Below are positions 26,001 to 35,438 of a stretch of DNA of 35,438 bases, piece after piece. Positions within the stretch are counted from its first letter, which is position 1. Each line of letters begins with the position of its first letter. The translations under genes and the position numbers were made by a program. The notes under the pieces are model-generated. The model searched no databases and was not told the DNA's origin. It saw only the letters and a list, made by a program, of their open reading frames with translations. This DNA comes from Bipalium vagum (Eukaryota), in contig JBBMKC010205043.1 of assembly GCA_037834085.1 (NCBI GenBank), positions 1 to 35,438 on the forward strand. The letters are read 5' to 3'.

Positions 26001-29000
26001 ATTAGGCTGGCAAGAAAGTTCGTGCGCCCTTTAATGACAAGTTAAAATTAAAATTGTTTTATTGACAAAACAATTTAAATCAACTATGTTTACCATTATT
26101 ATTAATGATCTTTCTACTAAATTCATGATACCATGTTCGTAGAACTCCTTTGGTTTATTCGCAAAATTGTCAATGTCTCTTCTGACAGACTCCTCATCAT
26201 TGAATGTTTTCCTTTTCAAGGAATTCCGGGTGATCAAAGATACATGAAGCTTGGCATTGTCGTGTTGGTAGACAACACTTCCGATTTGTCAATTGGGAGC
26301 ACTACATATCAGAATTGATAACAGTTCATAATAAATTAAACCTTTAAAATCGCACCAAGAAGAAGGCATGATCTTTGGGGGGCGCATCCATGTCTTTATT
26401 GACGATTCTGGTGGCTCACCAGTACAACCCTTGGACCTTTTACGGAACACATTGTCATAGATAACTCACTTTTCATCACTGGTATCAAATTACTTCAAGA
26501 ATGGATGGTTTTCTTGTCGTTTCAGCAATGAATCACATATTGATATACGTTCCATAAATTGGCCTTCATTAATTTATGCGGTACCCATGGTTAGAGTTTC
26601 GAAACGAATACTAGATTACACAGTCTTTTCTAACGCTGTATGCGATGTCTTTAGTATTTTACGATTTCCCGAACCGTGTTCGATGGATTACTTTCAATTA
26701 TAGACTCAATAGCGCTTGGCTCAATGTGAGATGGGTGTCCTGAGCGGGATTAATTTTTCATATCGAATGCTGTACAACTAGAGTTGGTATACATTTTTGG
26801 TATACTTGTACTGATAAAACATCATCTCAATATACTTAACATATTTTCATATGTTCATACGAGGTTCGCTTACCTTTTTAAATTAATATAATATTTATAA
26901 ATAATATGATACTTAACTCTTTCAAAATCAAACACCAAAAAATGACGAAAATGTAATTTTTTCTTGCATAATGATATTGTATTTATCACATAAGACTATT
27001 ATATTATTTAAACAGCAACTAAAAAACAGTATTGATTTCTTTTTATCGTAAACATACGTGATCCGATTTTTTCGAATATTCTATGATATCTTTGTGTAGT
27101 AATCTCATTATCATATCTTACAAATGAACAATGAACTGTCAAATAAACCTTTCAAATAAAAAATTTTTTTGACCTTATAAGTAATTATCTGAAACTCGAT
27201 ATTGGTTCATTAAATTAATCTTAATCGATTTATTAATCATAATTTCATCAAAAATAACAAGAATCATTTTAACCTATGAACTTTAATTTAACTTTGACTT
27301 TTTAATTAAACCATAGAAAGATCAATAATCGTTTGTCAACAATCAATGGGGATTCACTGTATTAATAACTTTAGTAAATAATAATTAACGCTAACCGATT
27401 CTCATTGATATTTTATTATTAAAAGTAAGCTTGGAATATTAGCTTCTATCTTTTAACAGACCGATGCTACCAAGTCGCAAAATAATGGGAATAAAATCGA
27501 TTTGCTCGGCTTAGAAAATGATACTGGTACATCGGTTAATAACGATGAATCATTTGGTGATTTTATTTTTGCTACTCAATCGAACTCGTCTTCAACCAAA
27601 AGCCCCATTATAAGTTCCTCGGTTATCAGCGAAAATAAAGCCCAATCGGCTGTTGACGACTTAATGGGTCTCAGTGAGTTGAATACACAGCCCGATCCAT
27701 TTTCCAATGCAACAGAATTGAACGAAACATCTGGCTTGTTTCTGGGTTCGTCGTCGGTTATGCAAAATAGTTGCTGTAAAATGGACAAAAATTCCATTTT
27801 AGCATTGTACAATAACAATAATAACAGCAGCAATAACATGAGACCACAGGTCTTCGGACAGATGAGCAATTCTTCTGGTTGGGCCACAATGCCAGGATCA
27901 ACATATCACAATGGTTATGTACAGACAGGTACTGTTATTGTATTTGGAAAATTTAGTATGATTTCTGTTACAGATTTCCAATCTCAGGCACTTGGTAGAG
28001 GGGCAACTAATAGGGGTTATCATTTATCGCAGTTTGGTCAAAGTAGTGCATTTGGAGATCAGAGTAATCCTTTTTTCAACAATAGTTCAATAATTCCCAC
28101 ACGACAGACTATATCACTCTCATCTATGGTAAGTTTAATATTTAATTTTTGTTAATTTATCTGTAATTATCAATTTTAAAAATATTTTCTTTTATAATGT
28201 TAAGTTGATAAGAAAATAATGCTTAATACATTCAAACTTTATAATAGATTTTATGAAAAAAATTTGTTTGAAAGCATTAATTTATGTACAATTTTAAAGC
28301 TTTGAAATTGTTTTACATTTCCATAAGTTTTACTTTACTATACTATTAGAAAAATATCAAATACAATCAATTACACTGTACAAGTTACAATTTGACAGAA
28401 ATTTTATTGAGATCACTCGTAAAACCAGTGATTCGACAAGGGTGCATCAAAATGAGTACCGTGCAAAACTTTTTCAAAACATTTGGAGTAGAAATGAGAG
28501 CGTCGAAAGTGGTACAGGTCTTGGGCGTTCCACGGAAGTAGGCAATGATTAATTAAAGATCTTGGTCGATCTATTTGTTATTGAGAAATATGCAAGGCCA
28601 CGATGTTTCAAAAATAAAAAAATCCAATTGCTTAAATCTCCAATACAAAGGCATGTATTACTGCCAATATCTTTCACCAATCTTTTTGAGTGGAAAAAAA
28701 TAAATATTTTTATCTTTTTGGAAGCTTTATGAAGAATAGCATGATTGACGCATTAAACTTATGCGATCAACTTAATATTATTTCTAAGTACCGTTCTAAA
28801 AACGGAGACAAACTAATTTGTTTGAGCATGAAATAAAGATTTGAAATATAGTTATTATTATTTGTATTATTCTATTTATCAATATGTTTATATGTTAAAT
28901 ACATGGTTTTTTATAATTTAAATAAGTCATTTTATAAATATAAAAAATTTACCTCTATACAATGTGAAATCAACATATGACATTCTAAAATTACATAAAT

Positions 29001-32000
29001 ACAAATTTTCTTAAATATTATTACCTCTCAATAACATCAAACCTCCTTATAAAGTCAAAATCCTCGTACCGAAGGCTGATGCTATAAAGAGGTTTTACTG
29101 TATTGTGTAAAAGTTTACAGTATCCTTAAGCAGTGGATACTTGGAATACTAAACTGAATATATATTAAAGAAATAATGGAATAAGGTTACCTAGGTGACA
29201 ATAGGAAACTGCTTATGACTTGTTGGATTCCACACCATTGATGAAAAGCCTACAGCAGAACTATGATATTAATACATAAGACGTTTATGATCGGATAATA
29301 TATTAGGGTTTTCTAATTGAAATGTCGTTTTTTAAATAATATTTAATTAACTTGTTTTAATATTTTTTATATCGTCCATAATAAAAAACTGTTAAATTCA
29401 ATTTAAAATCAAAGATCGATGTAAAGTGTAAACTATAATTAAAAAACTTTATCCTATTAAATTTATTTAACATATTTAAAAAAGAATGAAAAATTTAAAA
29501 TGACGCTCATATCCGGCATTATATGAGTTAAAACGGGGATCAAATTTCACAGTTGACACTAAAAATATCAAAGATTTTTACGGTGAAATACTTGATGTTC
29601 GCAAATGGTAATCTCAGTTTGCAGAACACAGGGTCATCGACAACCTGTGGTGGATAATGATGTGTTTAAGGATATCATCGAAATAGATCCTAGACAAACA
29701 TTAGAAGAATTGTCTTTTCTATTAAATTGTAGTATCAGCAGTATATGGAACCACATAAAACTGAGGCAAAAGAAATAGGTTCGGTGTTTGGGTTCCTCAT
29801 GATTTAACTAGAACTGGAAAATAATAATTGTTATTATGGATTCCAGATCTGTCACTCATTATTTATTCCAAATTTAAAGGAATCATTCTTCAAATGGATT
29901 GTGACTGAAGATGATAAGTGAATAATGTATGAGAATATCCACATAACAAAAATCAGTGGTTATCTCCAGCCCAAACCGCTGTACCAGTGTCGAAAACAGG
30001 ACTTCATACAAAGAAGGTCTTATTGAGTGTCTCCTGGGATTACAAAGGAGTAACTCACTTTGAATTATTAGAATTTGGTCAAACAAAAAATTCCGATGTA
30101 TATAGTAAAATTATGACCGTTTGAGAGATACATTAATTGTGAAATGTCCTGCATTGATCAATAGAAACAAAATAATTTTTCATCACGATTTTTTCAAATC
30201 ATCGTATTGTGTAGACGCTTATGCAAACTTTAAAAATATTCCTGGAAAATAAGAAAGATTGCTTATCTTCTTTGCAAGTCTTTATACACCTGAAGAATTC
30301 TTAATAAGAGCGACAAACAGAAATAACTGGATTTTTAACATGAAGTGGTAAATTTTGCTTTTGCAATGATATCATACGCTTTGAAACACGTGATTTAAAT
30401 ATCATAAACTGTGCGAAATAAATTATGTTCCCTAACTCTCAATAAAAATACAATATGGTTATTTTTTATAAGTAAAGTAGCCAGTTCCAAAATAATAGTA
30501 AGTTATTTTATCAAATTTTACGACTTTCTATTGCATTAATATCGCTATAGGGTTACAAAATCTCTGATTTATCCAGAAAAAGTAACCGAGATGCATATAA
30601 GTTACCTCAATAGGTAATATCTTTTCTTAAATAAAATTGAAAAAAATAATAACAGCAGATGGTATAAGGAAATAATATTCAATTTCATCTGTGAAAAACA
30701 CTGGTACTCAAATAGTTGTCAAGTCTATTGAAACACTCTTCTCACTAGATTACTTACCACTTTTATGTAACATTTTATTTGAATGTTTATAAATAACGCT
30801 GGTAATGTTTTATTTTCTATTGTGATTGATTTAAAATTTCTCATGTAAACCAGCGTTTTAAGGAAATATTCTAATGGAATAAAGTCACTCAGTCTAAGGA
30901 TGAGGATTTTTTGAGAGAATTCTTTCATACCGAGAGAACTTGTTTCTTTGTTTGTGAGTGTCATGTGGCATTCTCTTGATGAATCACAAATTGTCACAAT
31001 CCTTTAGCTCTATTTGTGTCTATGAAAACTTAATCAACACCAGTTCTTCGTTTCAAAAAGTTAAACAAATGAAGTCCAATGAAAGACTTCCAGAAATAAG
31101 GCAGTCAGTAATTGGATTAGATTAAATTTTAAATTACCTAAATCAGTTATACAGTGTGTTCCATATGTCTCCGTGAAAAGTAAACTTAAATATCTTTCAC
31201 TAAATTCAATCGATTGAAATTTCTATTTATATAATATTAAAGTATGTAAGTTTAAATTTTGTTTTAATATTTTAAAATTAGATTTAACAACTGCCGCTTG
31301 ATTTGAAGTTAAGAATCAAAACTGTACTTTTAATGGCCAAATTCAACTCAATTTGTGTTTTTAAACGGAAATTAAATGCCGAATTTGAGAAAACCTCACC
31401 AAGTGAAAGTGCTATGAGACTTTATCCTGGAAGACCAAGGGTGATCAAAGAAAATGAAGTTCAGAAAATTATTGAAGTTATTGAAAGTGATCCACAATGC
31501 AGTGTTCGATCTGTTGAAACCACCTGCTCCATTTCATGAACAACAACCCAACGAATTATGAGAGAACAGTTATCATTGAAACCCTTTAAGATCCATTTCA
31601 CGCTCCTGAGCATTTTTCAACAAATATACCACGGTATCTTAACGCTTATTTCCCGAACAGGTGGTTCAATTCGATGGGCTTCCAGCTCACCAGATTTAAC
31701 TCCTCTTGACTTCTATTTATGGGGCCATTTAAAGAATAAAATAAACAAATCTGAAATCAAAAATATTGATGATTTGAAAACAAAAATCACCGAAGAAATA
31801 AAGTGTTACCACAGAAACTTTGAATAGCGTATTTTTAAATATTGTAAAAAGGATGAATTTATGTATATCAGTTAATGGTAGTCATTTCAAAAAATTGTTG
31901 TAAATTTTTTTATGAAATACAAATTAAAAGATTTGTCTTCAATTTTATAAGACAAGCGATTAAATATCTCAACATGCTTAAGAATTATTAAGTTTACCTT

Positions 32001-34039
32001 TTGCGGGGACTTATGGGACACCCTGTATATTGATTTTTTGGTTGAAATTTGATTTATCTGTTCCATTTATAAGTCTTTATAATTTTGAAAAGCTGTACAT
32101 TTTGGCGCTCACTGGAGACACTCCCATATGACCTGTCAAGATTGCTGCAATTCTTCGGCGTTTGATATTTAGGTCAGAGGGTTTCGGTCATTGAGGCCTA
32201 TTTTTCGAAGGTTATTTCAAACTGAGACTCCACAAATGAATTAATTTATTGCTTCTATAAGATGATTAAAAACTGTCTTACGTCGTAAAAATTTAAGAGA
32301 TAAGAGAGGATTACATAGTGTTTTTATGTCATACTATGTACAATCAATATTGTAAAATAAACGCGATATTTAATTAAATGGAATCTAACTACTATATAAA
32401 ATTTTCAATTATCAATGAAAGTGGAGAAATCATTAAATCTATTAATGAAAGGCGGAAATGAAAAAGTCTAGTTTAAAAATCGTCAGTGATATCTTTATTT
32501 CTAATTGGTATTGTGGACAGAGATATAAATTTATTGTCTACTTTGCCATTGGTAATACTGCGTTATTAATTATTATTTTATTGATACTCTACCAGTCCAC
32601 TTATTTTCTCAATTTGTTTTTGGTCTTTAGTAATTTGGATTAATATTTTACAAACGAACAAAAATGATAATAATAATAATAAAATAATTTAATATCAAAC
32701 ATCAAAATAAAGTTAATTATTATTTTTATTTTCACTATTATTAGTATATTTTTTTCTAAATGATGCTATTGATATATGGATTGTCTAAACATAGATTTTA
32801 CATAATTTCTGCATTAATGGAATAGAATTTTTTGATTTTGTAAAATATTTTTAAAGAAAATAAACAAAACATTCTGACAGTAAGAATTTTTAAAATAATT
32901 TAAAAAGGGTTAATGAAAATGTTTGATAAATAATATATAGATTATATTTAAAATTCAAAGCATTTATAATAATAATAGTAATAAATAAATAATAAAAATA
33001 TTTATAAGTTTTAACAATATTAAATCTATACATAAATTTTAATATAATTTCATAAATTGACTTGAATTTTTAAAAATAGATTATTTTTAATCATCGATAA
33101 ATTTTATCAAGGTTAATTGTAATTTTGAATTAATATTTTTAAATAGATCTGAACTTAAGAAAATCAGTATAACGTACAGGATGATTTATAGGTAACTTAA
33201 AATTAAAACCTAGTTTATGATAGTGAATTGTTATTTTAATTAATGAATATTTATCATTTCATTATGAATAATAAATCAATATTAAATTTTTGTGGCTACT
33301 ATTTTCCTTTGTTGTTTTTTAGATAAAGTATGATTTCCTTGAAGTGGACAGGATTTTTAGTATTAAATGTTTTTAATCAAGTGGTGAAAATGTATATAGC
33401 TGGATCACAAACGCTTAACATTGTCACATGGAATAATTAGCATCATTTGATATTGAAAATGTCTTGTTTGTATTGTTTCATATTTCATATATCAGCCTTT
33501 TAAAATTTTATGACGTGATACCTTGACCCCCTTCACTCTTTTCAAGTGGCAAGAAAATTTTTATAATAAAGAAAAATCAATCACTAATTTAAAATCAGTA
33601 CATATTCAAAATTTTTGGTCGCTAGTACAGAAAGCGATTAATAACAGAGATATTTAATTATCATTGAAAAAATTATTTTCATATCTTGATGACGCCCCCG
33701 ATAATAAAGGCAATTATGATTTTTGCATTATTTCGGAGGGATCGATTTCATTTAATTTACTTGGGTTTGAACAACATTTTTCTCCGAACCAAATTTGTTT
33801 TTCAAAGTCCCTTGAATGGATTTTTGCGAACTCAACAAAATGCATAAATGCTTTATTTTCTTGGGACATTCAAAGATAATGATAAAATATCTTATCTTAT
33901 TTATTTTGTAAATTTACTTCTGTACGCTCATTTTTAATTTTTGTATAATATAATCAATGGGTTTTTTTTTCAGCAAAATTATCCAACCCATGTAGTGGGT
34001 AACGGTTCTGCGCAACCTCAAAATCAGTTGTTCTGGTAA
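22833..34039 (+). CDS. SMAP: SMAP-family ArfGAP (stromal membrane-associated protein 1/2-like), 6 exons, about 411 aa
   Basis: join(22833..23069,23116..23298,23342..23467,27460..27928,27974..28128,33974..34039), all GT-AG and phase-compatible. ArfGAP zinc finger CVDC-x16-CIRC with the catalytic Arg in GIHRNLG, then FIRAKYE, clathrin box DLLGLE, FGDF, DPF, SMAP-type [11 protein letters not shown] and a terminal QLFW*. Confidence 0.9.
23116..23298 (+). CDS. SMAP: SMAP ArfGAP exon 2
   Basis: gtcag|[18 protein letters not shown]...[11 protein letters not shown]...PIIE|gtgata, completing the ArfGAP domain. 43-nt intron follows. Confidence 0.92.
23342..23467 (+). CDS. SMAP: SMAP exon 3
   Basis: tttcag|[14 protein letters not shown]...KPVNVKTIE|gttgtt. 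An alternative phase-0 donor gtaaat exists at 23447. Confidence 0.7.
23880..24821 (-). CDS. Divergent TBP-related factor (TRF2/TLF/TBPL1-like), 4 exons, 252 aa, nested antisense in SMAP intron 3
   Basis: complement(join(23880..24094,24145..24269,24341..24597,24660..24821)), with introns of 62, 71 and 50 nt, all GT-AG, and an uninterrupted frame. Two TBP repeats: FKITNVSAS...[13 protein letters not shown]...KLRSP...[14 protein letters not shown]...ARRIQKLGF / YKVFNI...RIDLQAL...YDLES...[22 protein letters not shown], KLRxP and [19 protein letters not shown] are closer to TRF2/TLF than to TBP. Confidence 0.88.
25484..25783 (-). CDS. Candidate small protein, possibly CARD/death-fold-like; exon structure uncertain
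   Basis: 99-codon ORF with coding-like composition. [35 protein letters not shown] follows the CARD helix 1-3 hydrophobic pattern by eye. A possible 56-nt intron TGG|gtatgc...tactaat...aacaag| would change the C-terminus. Confidence 0.35.
   Translation of the reverse strand: MNQTADNLKIMNYHFFLNENLYCIFENIDFKELFDKLRNNSIVDADEADIKSWKYFNRTILDDWVCEGNSRENVLIYVEIVTRNFARISFFIMRKNQHI
26002..26950 (-). mobile_element. Degenerate mariner element inside SMAP intron 3
   Basis: TA|TTAGGCTGGCAAGAAAGTTCGTGCG TIR at 26002. Minus-strand remnants: RSGHPS, WVPHKL (about 26571-26588), [44 protein letters not shown]. The far boundary is approximate. Confidence 0.85.
27460..27928 (+). CDS. SMAP: SMAP exon 4 (clathrin/adaptor-binding region)
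   Basis: ttttaacag|[19 protein letters not shown]...FGDF...DPF...KNSILALY...YVQT(G)|gtactg. Confidence 0.85.
27974..28128 (+). CDS. SMAP: SMAP exon 5
   Basis: ttacag|(D)FQSQALG...NPFF...SLSSM|gtaagt, a strong donor. Confidence 0.8.
28430..28570 (+). mobile_element. Mariner HTH-region fragment
   Basis: [10 protein letters not shown] / [27 protein letters not shown] resembles the mariner TVQxWFxxF...SLED..RSGRP.EVD.D.L motif. Confidence 0.55.
28571..29100 (+). mobile_element. pogo/Tigger-like remnant (DDE_1 fragment plus right TIR)
   Basis: [17 protein letters not shown] / [12 protein letters not shown] resembles the pogo IGKSxxPRCFK...NxKAWMTxxIF motif. Ends GCTATAAAGAGGTTTTACTG|TA, with subterminal ACCTC repeats. 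Confidence 0.7.
29303..30188 (+). mobile_element. 3'-truncated degenerate mariner element inside SMAP intron 5
   Basis: TA|TTAGGGTTTTCTAATTGAAATGTCG TIR. Remnants: [35 protein letters not shown] (about 29789), [35 protein letters not shown]. Confidence 0.85.
31152..32025 (+). mobile_element. Internally deleted rosa/maT-like (Tc1/mariner superfamily) element, 874 bp
   Basis: TIRs of about 37 bp, CAGTGTGTTCCATATGTCTCCGTGAAAAGTAAACTTA / CAGGGTGTCCCATAAGTCCCCGCAAAAGGTAAACTTA, with a TA target duplication. ORF pieces PGRPR...DPQCSVR and [23 protein letters not shown]. The central catalytic region is missing. Confidence 0.88.
33974..34039 (+). CDS. SMAP: SMAP terminal exon
   Basis: ttttttttt cag|[21 protein letters not shown], phase 0 matching the exon 5 donor. 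SMAP proteins typically end in a Q-x-W-type motif. Confidence 0.75.
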   Translation, partial: QNYPTHVVGNGSAQPQNQLFW

Positions 34040-34163
34040 ACGTTTTCCTCCAGATTTTTATTCATCACAACAGATTTTATTTTAATAATCATCGCAGATT
34101 TTCACTTGAAAACGTTTTATTATCAGAATTTTAATATTTTTCTGCCTGTTATTAATTATTATT

Positions 34164-34169
34164 AATAAA
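34164..34169 (+). terminator. Candidate poly(A) signal of the SMAP gene
   Basis: AATAAA 125 nt after the stop codon, followed by T-rich sequence. Weak evidence in such AT-rich DNA. Confidence 0.35.
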
Positions 34170-35438
34170 TTTCAATTTACTCACACTTTCCATTGATTTT
34201 TATTTCATTTGATAAAAATTCCGTTTCTCGTATCTTGTTAACGAAAAAGTTGAGAAGACAAAAATGTCAGAGAAGGCCTAATTTTGACTGTTATGAGTAT
34301 TTTTGCTTATTAAATCGAAACAGATTTCGCATTTTCAGTAAAAAATATTGATGAAGTTTGATTTCGTTTTGAATTGACTCTTGGGTGTTGCGTTTTGGAA
34401 CTGTGTAATGGACAGTGCACTAAAAAGAATGTTATCATTTACGAAAAAAGAAAATTACCAAATTTATATACAGAAACGGCAAAACATTTTTCTGACGTAT
34501 AAACTTTATCTGACATTCTACCTTACAATTAATGGTAAATTTCAACTCGGGTTTATAATTGCATATCACTGGTATTTTAAAAATATCTTGCTTATGCTTG
34601 TAGGATCCATAAAGTTCTTAAGGTGTAACTAAACCAAAAACATGTTTCGCACCACCTAAAATATTTAAAATTATAAATTTTGGATGTACAATTTTTATTA
34701 TAAAGATCGTTCAAAGATAAATATTTAAGTTCATAATTAAACTTTAATTTAATCCATTTAGTTAATCATGTATTTCTTTAGTCACAGTGGAAAGAATAAA
34801 TTTATTCAACCCTGTAATTCTCTGAAGCATGTTAAGTAAAAGTTAGATTTATAATAATTAAAATTATTAATCAAGAATAATCTTGATTTTGAGGAATTTA
34901 ACAGATATTTTAGGTGACGGTTGAATTAGTAAAGTTTTTGAGGTAGGCGAAGCACACGTTTATAAAAAAATTAATTAGTAGTATTTAAATCTTGATTTTT
35001 ATTCGATAATTTTTTAAAATATCTTTTTCTGAATATTCAAACGAAATGTATAAAAAATATGCTGAATATATAAAATATAGAAATAAGCCTCTTCAAGGGT
35101 CTTTTTTTTAAAATGTGTTGATTGTTAGGGTATATTCAGTGTTTTTAAAAACTCTTAAAAGATGAAAACGAAAATCTTTCTTTTTTTTAAAAATAACTGA
35201 AAGATGACATTGTGAAATTTGTGACAAAAATATAATACATCAAAACATTTAAATACAAACGCAAATCTTAAGAAAAGTACTAAAGGTACTATTAGTACTA
35301 ATAAAAGTACTATGGAGACTTCAAAAATCCAAAACTCTTTGAAATAACAATTTTGTGACAAATATATTATAATTAATAATGTTATATTAATAAGATATGT
35401 TTTATGTCTTGTGCAAAAAAAATTTCCCTCAAAAGTTT

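Noticed and set aside
27425-27459. Possible extra 35-nt intron (gtaagc...aacag) before SMAP exon 4
   Set aside because: The upstream phase-0 frame hits TAA with no acceptor in between.
28900-29290. Apparent minus-strand mini exons with AG|GT donors
   Set aside because: The donors coincide largely with ACCTC subterminal repeats of the pogo-like element, and the frames contain stops.
1-35438. Alternative genetic code or stop-codon readthrough to explain coding-like islands with stops
   Set aside because: The two confident genes have no internal stops and end in TAA and TAG. The islands contain mixed stop types and frameshifts, which fits decay.
1-35438. tRNA, rRNA, CRISPR or telomeric arrays
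   Set aside because: None recognised. TTAGGG occurs only as isolated copies.

Overview
Very AT-rich eukaryotic, probably invertebrate animal, genomic DNA with short GT-AG introns (43-71 nt) and one 130-N assembly gap. The main gene is a six-exon SMAP-family ArfGAP on the + strand (22833-34039, about 411 aa). It has three tiny introns and two large ones (about 4.0 kb and 5.8 kb). Nested antisense in its 4-kb intron 3 is an intact four-exon gene for a highly divergent TBP-family factor of the TRF2/TLF/TBPL1 type (24821-23880, 252 aa). That protein lacks the TATA-intercalating phenylalanines and has a loop insertion and an acidic tail. About 660 bp upstream of it on the same strand lies a candidate small ORF with a CARD/death-fold-like pattern. 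The rest of the window is mostly dead Tc1/mariner-superfamily DNA transposons (seven mariner remnants, a rosa/maT-like deletion derivative, pogo/Tigger pieces, a MITE), simple repeats, one orphan exon (14093-13766) and several decayed coding-like islands. All gene models were spliced by hand and no database searches were run.
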